Shown: positions 41,593 to 55,455 of the stretch, piece after piece
Position numbering within the stretch: position 1 is the first letter of the stretch
Layout of the letters: each line of letters begins with the position of its first letter
Program-made: the position numbers and the translations under genes
The notes under the pieces: generated by a model
The model's input: only the letters and a program-made list of their open reading frames with translations
Databases searched by the model: none
Told to the model about the DNA's origin: nothing
Assembly (NCBI GenBank): GCA_964016885.1
Contig: OZ024743.1
Coordinates: 373,922,001 to 373,986,000 of the forward strand
Length of the DNA: 64,000 bases
Direction: 5' to 3'
DNA from: Eledone cirrhosa
Taxonomy: Eukaryota

Positions 41593-44500
41593 TTAAACTA
41601 TATTTAATGCTGGTCTATATTTTTGAATAAACATATTTTCCTTATTTATTCGTATTTGTTCTGTTGTATTGTCAGCGCAAAGATAAAATGAGGAGACTTG
41701 GAAATTGGACGTCTTATTACTTGCGCATATGTCTAGATGTGCACTTAGTGGCATCTGTCTCGTGGTTGGTTCTCGTAATTGATGGCGATGAACTGTCATT
41801 CTGTTTCTGAGTGTGAGTTTAGTTTGTCCTATATAATCTTCATTGCATCCTTTACATTTAATGGCATAAATTAGATTTTTTGATGAGCAAGTGAAGTGAT
41901 TTTTTACAGCAAAATTTTGTCCTGATTGAAATGTATACGTGTTGCCTTCAATGAAGTGAGTGCAGGTTCCATAATTAGAGCGACCACATTTTTTGACAGT
42001 TGGTTGTGGGTTTGTGGTAGGTAATTTGGCATTGGTGAGTAATGTTTTTAGTGATTTTGGTTGTCTTTTGCTTTTGATTATTTTGTATGTTTCAAGGGCT
42101 TTTTTCATTCTTGGGTCTTGTTTCAATAGTGGGATGTTCTTGTGAATAGTGTTGTAAGCTTCCGCATTTCTTGGGTTGTGTGTTGAGATATATGATAGAA
42201 TATTGGACGTACCTTGAATTTTTTTTCTGTTTTCGTAATTCATCAATGCCTATTCATCAATGCCTATTGCTTTAGCCCTTTCTATCCCATTATTTATTAG
42301 TAATGGTGGGTACTGCCTTTCGAGTAGAATTTCCTTTAATTCTTGAAGTCTTTTATTTCGCGTTTCATAATTGGAGACAATTGTGCAAATTCTTCTTTCT
42401 AGGTTAAAAGGGATGTTCGTCTTCGTGTGCTTTGGATGGTTGGAGGTGAATAGCAGGTATTGTTTGGAATCTGTTGGTTTGTAGTGTATGTCAGTTTCAA
42501 TATTTGTGTCTTTTTTTAAGATTAAGATGTCCAGAAATGGGAGTTGATCTTGGCTGTATTCCATTGTGAATTGGATGTGGTTATTGATGCCGTTAATTAA
42601 ATTTTTGAAATCATTTTGTTGGTCGAGTGTGTAAGACCAAAGAATGAGACAATCATCCAAGTAGCGTTTCCAATTCTCTGATAAATATTTGTGGAAGTTC
42701 AATCCATATTTTGATTTGGATTGTTCATATATCTGGACTTCCAAGTATGCCATGACTAAGTTGGCATAAGTTGGAGCGGCTTTTGTACCCATCACAGTCC
42801 CCGATATTTGCTTGTAAGTACTGCCATCGAAATCAAAAAAGTTCTGTAAAATAGATTTTAATCCCTCGGTGATGAAGCTTTTTTCTATTCTGTCAGGTAT
42901 CTCATTGGGATATTTCTCTAGCCAGAATCCTATTGCTTCTAGTCCGTATTGGTGTGGGATCGTTGTGTAGAGATTCACTACATCGAAAGACACAATAATA
43001 GTGTCGTTGTTGACATGTTAGGGGAAGTGGTTTAAGAGGTCCAGATCGTCTCTTACAAGGCTTGGTATGTGTTTGAGAATTAGTTTGAGTAGTATGCCTA
43101 TAAAGTTGCTTAGTCTGTGTGTTTCAAATTGTGGGCCCGCTACAATTGGTCTTAATTTAAGGTCTGTGGGGGTATTGTGTGTTCACACAGGTTGAGGTGG
43201 ATTGTTTACAGGCATCGTTAATTATTTTACACTTGTGGATCTTCGGAAATCCGTAAAGATTGCTGGTTTTGTATTCAAAATGTGCTAAATAATCGCGTTC
43301 CTTTTTAGTTAATTCTTACTGGTATCGACAAATGAATGTGTTTAATCTGGTCCTCGTTTTTGATTGCTGGTAGTTTTTTACTCTTTCATAGTAGTTAGTA
43401 TTTTGTAAGAGAGAGAACATAGAATTTTTATATTGTTTAGCATCCCATAATGACGACAGTACTTCCCTTGTCCGCTTCCTTAATTATAATGTCCGTATTG
43501 TTTTTTAGTTCATGGATAATCTCCCATTCCCTTCGACTCGTGTTGGGTTTGGGTTTAGGTTGCGGTAGTTCACAGCATGGGAAAGTTGCTATGTGGTCAC
43601 AAAATCTATCCAGAACTCTGTTTCTACCTTTTTGTTAGGTTGTAGCTGCTTTTATTCCGTACAATTGATTGGTCGTTATTCTCCTTGTCAAAAAATTCCT
43701 CTGTGAGACGTAATTTTCTACAGAAGTGTGAGATATCGTCATTTATCTCATTGAGGTTAGAGTATTGTGGTGTTGGTGTGAATTTCAGTCCTTTGGAGAG
43801 AATTTTAATTTGTTGGGCTGAGAAGTTTGTATTTGAAAGGTTGATTATTTCGGTTTTTCAAAAATCGGTTTGTGCCACCGGGTGTCGTGGGTCCTGTAGC
43901 CTTGGTCTAAAAAATGATTTTTCTGAATTGTTTTTTCATGGGTATTATTATATCTAATGGCATTTCCCCTGTTGTGTGGTCTGGTATAGAAGTTTCGGAC
44001 GTATTGAGGTTCGGTTTGTTGATGGTCCGGGTTGTAGATTTTGTTCCTTTGTATGGGTTGGGATCTACGATTTTGGAACAGGTTTTGTGTGGGTTGGGGT
44101 CTATGGTTTTGGAATAGGTTTTGTGTGGCTTGTAATCGGCGGATCGGGTCCTGTCTTGTGTTGGGGAACATTCGGTTTTTGTTAGTAGGGTTATAGTTTT
44201 GTCTATGGGTTCTGGGATTATCGTCATAGTTTTACTGGGGGTATGTTGGATGTTTTGTTACTTTTTTTGTTATTTGTTGTGCGTATGGTGTGTGAGTTTT
44301 AGTTTGTTTTAAAAATGGGTTACCTGTATGTTGTTCATTTTTGAAATCCATTTCGTAATTGTTGAACCAGGTGGCGTTTTTTTCCCATCGCTGGAGGGAT
44401 GTTAGTTCTTCATCCTCACAATTTTCTTTCCAAAGTTTTAAGGTTTTTTCATAGAGTAGGCCTTCAGAGTGCTTTGAGATTTCTGTGTCCATCTGTTGGT

Positions 44501-44690
44501 CGAGTGACTTGAATTTTTCTTCGTTGGAGTTGGCTCTTAACCGCAACAGTTCTATTTCTATTTTAAACTTTTCTAACGCCATCTTTTCCTTAAGTTTTTG
44601 TTGGTTTTCTGGTTCATTCGGGATGGGTTTTATTTTGAGATTTTTGGGGAGGATGATTGGGGTAGAGTTTAGCCACTTATCATATACGCA
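41593..44690 (-). pseudogene. Penelope RT-GIY-YIG polyprotein, frameshifted
   Basis: NLS...[65 protein letters not shown], Cys linker, LIYAIKC..C..YIGQT; a 14-bp tandem duplication at 42238-42265 splits RT from EN. Confidence 0.95.
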
Positions 44691-44707
44691 CATGTATACA
44701 TATATGT

Positions 44708-44754
<47 letters not shown>

Positions 44755-46478
44755 CATGCTTCTTTTATGGATGATAAACAGATTAAAGATGTACTGAAGT
44801 TAGGATTCATGTACAGAATATAAAATCGATATAATAATTGCTATGAATGGTGACTGTTTACTTCGAGGTTTGGCCAACTTTATTGGTTTATCACTAGAGT
44901 ACATGGGATATGTACTCTAGTGATATAACTAATATTTTCGTTGACATGTATCTATAATCCTTAACTGAGCTATTAATACACAATATTGTTTATATTTTAT
45001 ATATTCTAGCGAAATATCCATGATAAGCAAGAATGCATGAATATTCAAGACTTTATTTTCTTTACACAGTATACCAATATGACTAATCTTGTGGATACAG
45101 TATAAATATATGGTTATGAAGTTAGCTTCGTAATCATAAGAGTCTGGCTTCGATCCCACCGCAGGGTGTATTGCACAAGTGTCCTTTACCATAGTCTAAA
45201 ATAGTCTTTAAAGTCTGTCTCAAGCCACGAGGCTCGTCAGGCTTATCCCGGACTTCAGAACATTCTAGGTGGACACTTTTTCTCTAGGAACGTATTTCAG
45301 GACGTTGATTTTTTTTCATAAGCTATATTTTGTAAATCTTAGAAAAGCAGCGTGGGGATGTAGTGTCATCCAGTACCCCCCCACCCCATCGCTGCAAAGG
45401 CTCCAACCTCTAGGTGCTTGTGAACAAATAAGTACTTACTAAATCTAGGTATAAGTACTTGTAAATCTAGATATTGCCGAAGCATAATTTTCAGAAATAT
45501 CCAAATAGAAGTATGTTATTTAATTATTATTCATTCAAATTAAATCAACCAGCTACCTACGACATCTCTCAGGTTTCTTTTTGAGGTCCCCTTGATAATG
45601 GATGGTAAATCCGAAAATATTTGGTAACATTAAACTTGCTAAGGTAACTTTCTATCGTTCTCACTCCTTTATCTTTTGACAATATATGGTAAATCTGAAA
45701 ATATCTGGGATCATTAAACTTGCTGAGGTAACTTTCTATCGTTCTCATTCTTTTATGTTTTGTTCAATTTTCTCAAATTCTTATTACATTGATACTTATA
45801 TCTCACACACGTTGTCGGGATTCCAAATAACCAAACTTATTTCCTAGTTATATTTGTATTTCATGTTCCACAATGCTTCAATCAAACAAACTGCAACACT
45901 TTATTAATTATTATTTTATTCGTTCTTCTCATCATATTATATTCCCGACCAACTCTTCCCTTTGTGTCCATACAGACGTGTCAATCTACGTGTTATATGT
46001 TTATTTGTTAATTTTTGACCGATATGAAACAAAGAATCTATTGAGTACTGACATGTCGGAATAATTGCTATAGTTTCCGTCTACCAGCTTTATCATTCTA
46101 GTTGGCAGCTGACTACAAGTGAATATATTAGTCAATAATTGGGCAACAAATTCTAAGATAATTCTGATGTGTATATGTATGTGTGTGTGGGGGGGGGGGG
46201 GGGATAGGTAGAAAGAAGGAAATCATGTTGGCTCCTAGGGATTTTGAATTTATTTTTATATGGAATAAATTGGCTGTGTTAGTCTTTTCTATCAATATGT
46301 CAGCTTCTAAGTGTTACTATAAATCTGTATATGTAACACACACACACACACACACACACACTCTCTCTCTCTCTCTCTCTCTTACACACACACACACTCT
46401 CTCTCTCTCACACACACCCTCTCTCTTTCACACACACACTCTCTCTCTCTTATACACACACACTCTCTCTCTCTCTTT

Positions 46479-46518
<40 letters not shown>

Positions 46519-46689
46519 CTGTATATAGGAAAAGAGTCAGGACCCCGACGCCTGAGCTCCGGCCGTTTCGACAGCTAGATCCGAACGCATCTAGCTGTCG
46601 ACTCTTTTTCTATTACCTACTCTACTACCCTAAGTATTGAGTACTCTGGTGCGTTATGGTCCACCTGGTTCCTTACCACACCTTCTTTG

Positions 46690-46760
<71 letters not shown>

Positions 46761-46836
46761 TACGTGTTTAAAATATCGTAGTATTCAAGATCTTTAAACA
46801 TTGACTGAATGAACACTCAATGCGGGTAGGTAGAGT

Positions 46837-47343
46837 GTAAGGATGAAAGGCAAAGCTAACCTCGGTGGAATTGGAACTCGAACGTAAAGGGCCATAGCTC
46901 TATGCTGCAAAGCATGTTGTCCGATGCTATACTGACACTGTCAATAATAATTGTTTCTTATATAGGCACAAGGCCAGCAATTCCGGGGGGGGGGGGGAGA
47001 AAGTCGATTAAATCGACCCCAGTACGTGACTGGTACTTTATTTTATCGATCCCGTAAGGATGAAAGGCAAAGCTAACCTCGGCGGGATTTGAACTCAGTC
47101 CGTAGAGGGACGTAACTCTATGCTGCAAAGCATGTTGTCCGACGCTATACTGACACTGCCAATAATAATTGTTTCTACGTTAGGCACAAGGCCAGCAATT
47201 ACCCAGTGCGTTACTGGTACTTTATTTTATCGACCCCGTAAGGATGAAAGTTAACCTCGGCGGGATTTGAACTCAGATCGTAAAGGGACGTAACTCTTTG
47301 CATCAAAGCATGGCGTCCGACCCACTACCGATACTGCCAATCC
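46837..47343 (-). mobile_element. Three head-to-tail SINE family A copies
   Basis: Units ~46837-46943 (partial), 46944-47160 and 47161-47343, joined by aataataattgtttc. Confidence 0.85.
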
Positions 47344-47514
47344 CTCTGCCAATAATAATAGCGTTAATTTATTTTCCTCAAGCAACAACAGATGATAGAG
47401 AAAAATATAGATATTTTGTTTCGATTTGTTAAATTTCATTTCACTCTTGCTGCTGATATTTATTCAGTTGTTTTTCATTCACAATTTTAAACTTTGCAAA
47501 CCTTGCGTTTGGAG

Positions 47515-47548
47515 CGATGACGTCATCGGATCGATAAGAATGACTCAT
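47515..47548. promoter_or_regulatory. Candidate CRE + AP-1 sites
   Basis: 14-bp palindrome cgatgacgtcatcg (47515-47528) and atgactcat (47540-47548) in unique sequence. Confidence 0.3.
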
Positions 47549-47609
47549 CGTATCTCTCTCCAGCTACACAAGCTTTGTGTAATATAATATTGGTTGGTCA
47601 CCCTGGCAC

Positions 47610-50600
47610 TGGTTATTGTTGTGGTTGTTGTTGTTATTATGGTTGTGGTTGTTGGTGTTGTTGTGGTGGTTGTTGTGGTGACCGGGTTTGTTGCTGTAGT
47701 GGTGGTGGTTGTAGTTGTGGTGGTTGTTTTGGTGACCGGGTTTGTTGCTGTAGTGGTGGTGGTTGTAGTTGTGGTTAAGGTTGTGGTGACCGGGTTTGTT
47801 GATGTAGTGGTGGAGGTTGTAGTTGTGGTTAAGGTTGTTGTGGTGACCGGGTTTGTTGCTGTAGTGGTGGAGGTTGTAGTTGTGGTGGTTGTTGTGGTGA
47901 CCGGATTTGTTGCTGTAGTGGTGGTGGATGTTGTGGTGACCGGGTTTGTTGCTGTAGTGGTGGTGGTTGTAGTTGTGGTGGTTGTTGTGGTGACCGGGTT
48001 TGTTGCTGTAGTGGTGGTGGTTGTAGTTGTGGTTAAGGTTGTGGTGACCGGGTTTGTTGCTGTAGTGGTGGAGGTTGTAGTTGTGGTGGTTGTTGTGGTG
48101 ACTGGGTTTGTTGCTGTAGTGGTGGAGGTTGTAGTTGTGGTGGTTGTTGTGGTGACCGGGTTTGTTGCTGTAGTGGTGGAGGTTGTAGTTGTGGTTAAGG
48201 TTGTTGTGGTGACCGGGTTTGTTGCTGTAGTGGTGGTGGTTGTAGTTGTGGTGGTTGTTGTGGTGACCGGGTTTGTTGCTGTAGTGGTGGAGGTTGTAGT
48301 TGTGGTGGTTGTTGTGGTGACCGGGTTTGTTGCTGTAGTGGTGGAGGTTGTAGTTGTGGTGGTTGTTGTGGTGACCGGGTTTGTTGCTGTAGTGGTGGAG
48401 GTTGTAGTTGTGGTGGTTGTTGTGGTGACCGGGTTTGTTGCTGTAGTGGTGGAGGTTGTAGTTGTGGTGGTTGTTGTGGTGACCGGGTTTGTTGCTGTAG
48501 TGGTGGAGGTTGTAGTTGTGGTGGTTGTTGTGGTGACCGGGTTTGTTGCTGTAGTGGTGGAGGTTGTAGTTGTGGTTAAGGTTGTTGTGGTGACCGGGTT
48601 TGTTGATGTAGTGGTGGAGGTTGTAGTTGTGGTGGATGTTGTGGTGACCGGGTTTGTTGCTGTAGTGGTGGAGGTTGTAGTTGTGGTGGTTGTTGTGGTG
48701 ACCGGGTTTGTTGCTGTAGTGGTGGAGGTTGTAGTTGTGGTGGTTGTTGTGGTGACCGGGTTTGTTGCTGTAGTGGTGGAGGTTGTAGTTGTGGTTAAGG
48801 TTGTTGTGGTGACCGGGTTTGTTGCTGTAGTGGTGGTGGTTGTAGTTGTGGTGGTTGTTGTGGTGACCGGGTTTGTTGATGTAGTGGTGGAGGTTGTAGT
48901 TGTGGTTAAGGTTGTTGTGGTGACCGGGTTTGTTGCTGTAGTGGTGGAGGTTGTAGTTGTGGTTAAGGTTGTTGTGGTGACCGGGTTTGTTGCTGTAGTG
49001 GTGGAGGTTGTAGTTGTGGTGGTTGTTGTGGTGACCGGGTTTGTTGCTGTAGTGGTGGAGGTTGTAGTTGTGGTGGTTGTTGTGGTGACCGGGTTTGTTG
49101 CTGTAGTGGTGGTGGTTGTAGTTTTGGTTAAGGTTGTTGTGGTGACCGGGTTTGTTGCTGTAGTGGTGGTGGTTGTAGTTGTGGTTAAGGTTGTGGTGAC
49201 CGGGTTTGTTGCTGTAGTGGTGGAGGTTGTAGTTGTGGTGGTTGTTGTGGTGACCGGGTTTGTTGATGTAGTGGTGGTGGTTGTAGTTGTGGTTAAGGTT
49301 GTTGTGGTGACCGGGTTTGTTGCTGTAGTTGTGGTTATGGTTGTGTTGACTGGGTTTATGATGTAGTGGTGGTGGTTGTAGTTGTGGTTAAGGTTGTGGT
49401 GACCGGGTTTGTTGCTGTAGTGGTGGAGGTTGTAGTTGTGGTGGTTGTTGTGGTGACCGGGTTTGTTGATGTAGTGGTGGAGGTTGTAGTTGTGGTTAAG
49501 GTTGTGGTGACCGGGTTTGTTGCTGTAGTGGTGGAGGTTGTAGTTGTGGTGGTTGTTGTGGTGACCGGGTTTGTTGATATAGTGGTGGTGGTTGTAGTTG
49601 TGGTTAAGGTTGTTGTGGTGACCGGGTTTGTTGCTGTAGTTGTGGTTATGGTTGTGTTGACTGGGTTTATGATGTAGTGGTGGTGGTTGTAGTTGTGGTT
49701 AAGGTTGTGGTGACCGGGTTTGTTGCTGTAGTGGTGGAGGTTGTAGTTGTGGTGGTTGTTGTGGTGACCGGGTTTGTTGATGTAGTGGTGGAGGTTGTAG
49801 TTGTGGTTAAGGTTGTTGTGGTGACCGGGTTTGTTGCTGTAGTGGTGGAGGTTGTAGTTGTGGTTAAGGTTGTTGTGGTGACCGGGTTTGTTGCTGTAGT
49901 GGTGGAGGTTGTAGTTGTGGTGGTTGTTGTGGTGACCGGGTTTGTTGCTGTAGTGGTGGAGGTTGTAGTTGTGGTGGTTGTTGTGGTGACCGGGTTTGTT
50001 GCTGTAGTGGTGGTGGTTGTAGTTGTGGTGGTTGTTGTGGTGACCGGGTTTGTTGATGTAGTGGTGGAGGTTGTAGTTGTGGTTAAGGTTGTTGTGGTAA
50101 CCGGGTTTGTTGCTGTAGTGGTGGTGGTTGTAGTTGTGGTTATGGTTGTGGTGACTGGGTTTATGATATAGTGGTGGTGGTTGTAGTTGTGGTTAAGGTT
50201 GTGGTGACCGGGTTTGTTGATGTAGTGGTGGTGGTTGTAGTTGTGGTTAAGGTTGTTGTGGTGACCGGGTTTGTTGCTGTAGTTGTGGTTATGGTTGTGT
50301 TGACTGGGTTTATGATGTAGTGGTGGTGGTTGTAGTTGTGGTTAAAGTTGTTGTGGTGACCGGGTTTGTTGCTGTAGTGGTGGTGGTTGTAGTTGTGGTT
50401 ATGGTTGTGGTGACTGGGTTTATGATGTAGTGGTGGTGGTTGTAGTTGTGGTTAAGGTTGTTGTGGTGACCGGGTTTGTTGCTGTAGTGGTGGTGGTTGT
50501 AGTTGTGGTTATGGTTGTGGTGACTGGGTTTATGATGTAGTGGTGGTGGTTGTAGTTGTGGTTAAGGTTGTTGTGGTGACCGGGTTTGTTGCTGTAGTGG

Positions 50601-53600
50601 TGGTGGTTGTAGTTGTGGTTATGGTTGTGGTGACTGGGTTTATGATGTAGTGGTGGTGGTTGTAGTTGTGGTTATGGTTGTGGTGACCGGGTTTGTGATG
50701 TAGTGGTGGTGGTTGTAGTTGTGGTTAAGGTTGTGGTGACCGGGTTTGTGATGTAGTGGTGGTGGTTGTAGTTGTGGTTATGGTTGTGGTGACCGTGTTT
50801 GTGATGTAGTGGTGGTGGTTGTAGTTGTGGTTAAGGTTGTGGTGACCGGGTTTGTGATGTAGTGGTGGTGGTTGTAGTTGTGGTTATGGTTGTGGTGACC
50901 GGGTTTATGATGTAGTGGTGGAGGTTGTAGTTGTGGTTATGGTTGTGGTGATTGGGTTTGTGATGTAGTGGTGGAGGTTGTAGTTGTGGTTATGGTTGTG
51001 GTGACCGGGTTTGTGATGTAGTGGTGGAGGTTGTAGTTGTGGTTAAGGTTGTTGTGGTGACCGGGTTTGTTGCTGTAGTGGTGGAGGTTGTAGTTGTGGT
51101 GGTTGTTGTGGTGACCGGGTTTGTTGCTGTAGTGGTGGTGGTTGTAGTTGTGGTTATGGTTGTGGTGACTGGGTTTATGATGTAGTGGTGGTGGTTGTAG
51201 TTGTGGTTATGGTTGTGGTGACCGGGTTTGTTGATGTAGTGGTGGTGGTTGTAGTTGTGGTGGTTGTTGTCATGACCGGGTTTGTTGCTGTAGTGGTGGT
51301 GGTTGTAGTTGTGGTGGTTGTTGTGATGACCGGGTTTGTTGCTGTAGTGGTGGAGGTTGTAGTTGTGGTTAAGGTTGTGGTGACCGGGTTTGTTGCTGTA
51401 GTGGTGGTGGTTGTAGTTGTGTTTATGGTTGTGGTGACCGGGTTTGTGATGTAGTGGTGGTGGTTGTAGTTGTGGTTAAGGTTGTTGTGGTTAAGGTTGT
51501 TGTGGTGACCGGGTTTGTTGCTGTAGTGGTGGTGGTTGTAGTTGTGGTTATGGTTGTGGTGACTGGGTTTATGATGTAGTGGTGGTGGTTGTAGTTGTGG
51601 TTAAGGTTGTGGTGACCGGGTTTGTTGATGTAGTGGTGGTGGTTGTAGTTGTGGTTAAGGTTGTTGTGGTGACCGGGTTTGTTGCTGTAGTGGTGGTGGT
51701 TGTAGTTGCGGTTATGGTTGTGGTGACTGGGTTTATGATGTAGTGGTGGTGGTTGTAGTTGTGGTTAAGGTTGTTGTGGTGACCGGGTTTGTTGCTGTAG
51801 TGGTGGTGGTTGTAGTTGTGGTTATGGTTGTGGTGACTGGGTTTATGATGTAGTGGTGGTGGTTGTAGTTGTGGTTATGGTTGTGGTGACCGGGTTTGTG
51901 ATGTAGTGGTGGTGGTTGTAGTTGTGGTTAAGGTTGTGGTGACCGGGTTTGTGCTGTAGTGGTGGTGGTTGTAGTTGTGGTTATGGTTGTGGTGACCGGG
52001 TCTGTTGCTGTAGTGGTGGTGGTTGTAGTTGTGGTTATGGTTGTGGTGACAGGGTTTATGATGTAGTGGTGGAGGTTGTAGTTGTGGTTATGGTTGTGGT
52101 GACAGGGTTTATGATGTAGTGGTGGAGGTTGTAGTTGTGGTTATGGTTGTGGTGACTGGGTTTGTGATGTAGTGGTGGAGGTTGTAGTTGTGGTTATGGT
52201 TGTGGTGACCGGGTTTGTTGGTGTCGTGGTGGTGGTTGTAGTTGTGGTTAAGGTTGTGGTGACCGGGTTTGTGATGTAGTGGTGGTGGTTGTAGTTGTGG
52301 TTATGGTTGCGGTGACCGGGTTTATGATGTAGTGGTGGAGGTTGTAGTTGTGGTTATGGTTGTGGTGACCGGGTTTGTGATGTAGTGGTGGAGGTTGTAG
52401 TTGTGGTTATGGTTGTGGTGACCGGGTTTGTTGCTGTAGTGGTGGTGGTTGTATTTGTGGTTATGGTTGTGGTGACTGGGTTTATGATGTAGTGGTAGTG
52501 GTTGTAGTTGTGGTTAAGGTTGTGGTGACCGGGTTTGTTGATGTAGTGGTGGTGGTTGTAGTTGTGGTTAAGGTTGTTGTGGTGACCGGGTTTGTTGATG
52601 TAGTGGTGGAGGTTGTAGTTGTGGTGGTTGTTATGGTGACCGGGTTTGTTGCTGTAGTGGTGGTGGTTGTAGTTGTGGTTATGGTTGTGGTGACTGGGTT
52701 TATGATGTAGTGGTGGTGGTTGTAGTTGTGGTTATGGTTGTGGTGACCGGGTTTGTTGATGTAGTGGTGGTGGTTGTAGTTGTGGTTATGGTTGTGGTGA
52801 CTGGGTTTATGATGTAGTGGTGGTGGTTGTAGTTGTGGTTATGGTTGTGGTGACTGGGTTTATGATGTAGTGGTGGTGGTTGTAGTTGTGGTGGTTGCTG
52901 TGGTGACCGGGTTTGTTGCTGTAGTGGTGGTGGTTGTAGTTGTGGTTATGGTTGTGGTGACTGGGTTATGATGTAGTGGTGGAGGTTGTAGTTGTGGTTA
53001 TGGTTGTGGTGACTGGGTTTATGATGTAGTGGTGGTGGTTGTAGTTGTGGTGGTTGTTGTGGTGACCGGGTTTGCTGCTGTAGTGGTGGAGGTTGTAGTT
53101 GTGGTTATGGTTGTGGTGACCGGGTTTGTTGGTGTCGTGGTGGTGGTTGTAGTTGTGGTTATGGTTGTGGTGACCGGGTTTATGATGTAGTGGTGGTGGT
53201 TGTAATTGTGGTTATGGTTGTGGTGACCGTGTTTGTGATGTAGTGGTGGAGGTTGTAGTTGTGGTTATGGTTGTGGTGACCATGTTTGTGATGTAGTGGT
53301 TGAGGTTGTAGTTGTGGTTATGGTTGTGGTGACCGGGTTTATGATGTAGTGGTGGAGGTTGTAGTCGTGGTTATGGTTGTAGTGACCGTGTTTGTGATGT
53401 AGTGGTGGTGGTTGTAGTTGTGGTTATGGTTGTGGTGACCGGGTTTGTTGATGTAGTGGTGGAGGTTGTAGTCGTGGTTATGGTTGTAGTGACCGTGTTT
53501 GTGATGTAGTGGTGGTGGTTGTAGTTGTGGTTATGGTTGTGGTGACCGGGTTTGTTGATGTAGTGGTGGAGGTTGTAGTTGTGGTTAAGGTTGTGGTGAC

Positions 53601-55455
53601 CGGGTTTGTGATGTAGTGGTGGAGGTTGTAGTTGTGGTTATGGTTGTGGTGACCGGGTTTGTTGATGTAGTGGTGGTTATGGTTGTAGTTGTGGTTATGG
53701 TTGTGGTGACCGTGTTTGTGATGTAGTGGTGGAGGTTGTAGTTGTGGTGGTTGTTGTGGTGACCGGGTTTATGATGTAGTGGTGGAGGTTGTAGTTGTGG
53801 TTAAGGTTGTGGCGACCGTGTTTGTGATGTAGTGGTGGTGGTTGTAGTTGTGGTTATGGTTGTGGTGACCGGGTTTGTGATGTAGTGGTGGAGGTTGTAG
53901 TTGTTGTTATGGTTGTGGTGACCGGGTTTGTGATGTAGTGGTGGAGGTTGTAGTTGTGGTTAAGGTTGTGGTGACCGGGTTTGTGATGTACTGGTGGAGG
54001 TTGTAGTTGTGGTTATGGTTGTGGTGACCGGGTTTGTGATGTAGTGGTGGTGGTGGTTGTAGTTGTGATTATGGTTGTGGTGACCGGGTTTATGATGTAG
54101 TGGTGGAGGTTGTAGTTGTGGTTATGTTTGTAGTGGTGGAGGTTGTAGTTGTGGTTATGTTTGTGGTGGTGGTTGTTGTTGTTGTGGTTGTTGTGGTAAC
54201 CGGGTTTGCTGCTGTAGTGGTGGTGGTTGTAGTTGTTGTGGTGGTTGTTGTGGTGACCGGGTTTGTGATGTAGTGGTGGAGGTTGTAGTTGTGGTTATTG
54301 TTGTGGTGACCGGGTTTGTGATGTAGTGGTGGTGGTTGTAGTTGTAGTTATGGTTGTTGTGGTGGTTGTTGTTGTGGTTATGGTTGTAGTGGTGGTTGTT
54401 GTGGTAACCGGGTTTGCTGCTGTAGTGGTGGTGGTTGTAGTTGTGGTTATGGTTGTTGTTGTTGTGGTTGTTGTGGTAACCGGGTTTGCTGCTGTAGTGG
54501 TGGTGGTTGTAGTTGTGGTTATGGTTGTGGTGACCGGGTTTGTGATGTAATGGTGGAGGTTGTAGTTGTGGTTATGGTTGTGGTGACCGGGTTTGTGATG
54601 TAGTGGTGGAGGTTGTAGTTGTTGTTATGGTTGTGGTGACCGGGTTTGTGATGTAGTGGTGGAGGTTGTAGTTGTGGTTATGGTTGTGGTGACCGGGTTT
54701 GTGATGTACTGGTGGAGGTTGTAGTTGTGGTTATGGTTGTGGTGACCGGGTTTGTGATGTAGTGGTGGTGGTGGTTGTAGTTGTGGTTATGGTTGTGGTG
54801 ACCGGGTTTATGATGTAGTGGTGGAGGTTGTAGTTGTGGTTATGTTTGTGGTGGTGGTTGTTGTTGTTGTGGTTGTTGTGGTAACCGGGTTTGCTGCTGT
54901 AGTGGTGGTGGTGGTTGTAGTTGTCGTGGTGGTTGTTGTGGTTGTGGTGACCGGGTTTGTGACGTAGTGGTGGAGGTTGTATTTGTGGTTATTGTTGTTG
55001 TGACCGGGTTTGTGATGTAGTGGTGGTGGTTGTAGTTGTGGTTATGGTTGTTGTGGTGGTTGTTGTTGTGGTTATGGTTGTAGTGGTGGTTGTTGTGGTA
55101 ACCGGGTTTGCTGCTGTAGTGGTGGTGGTTGTAGTTGTGGTTATGGTTGTGGTTGTTGTGGTTGTTGTGGTAACCGGGTTTGCTGCTGTAGTGGTGGTGG
55201 TTGTAGTTGTGGTTATGGTTGTGGTTGTTGTTGTTGTGGTTGTTGTGGTAACCGGGTTTGCTGCTGTAGTGGTGGTGGTTGTAGTTGTGGTTATGGTTGT
55301 GGTTGTTGTGGTTGTTGTGGTAACCGGGTTTGCTGCTGTAGTGGTGGTGGTTGTAGTTGTGGTTATGGTTGTGGTTGTGGTTGTTGTGGTTGTTGTGGTA
55401 ACCGGGTTTGCTGCTGTAGTGGTGGTGGTTGTAGTTGTGGTTATGGTTGTGGTTG
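47610..55455. repeat. ~7.8-kb VNTR of ~50-57-bp units anchored by gtgaccgggttt
   Basis: Core 54-mer gtgaccgggtttgttgctgtagtggtggaggttgtagttgtggtggttgttgtg with variant units. Confidence 0.95.

Larger units (their letters stand above)
39963..44690 (-). mobile_element. Near full-length Neptune-type Penelope-like element between (TA)n tracts
   Basis: RT and GIY-YIG ORF remnants plus a ~1.6-kb 3' region; the 39963-40170 terminus recurs, internally deleted and inverted, at ~23428-23515. Confidence 0.8.

Noticed and set aside
47610-55455. CRISPR-like array (constant gtgaccgggttt with variable intervening sequence)
   Set aside because: The intervening sequences are themselves repeats, there are no cas genes, and the context is eukaryotic
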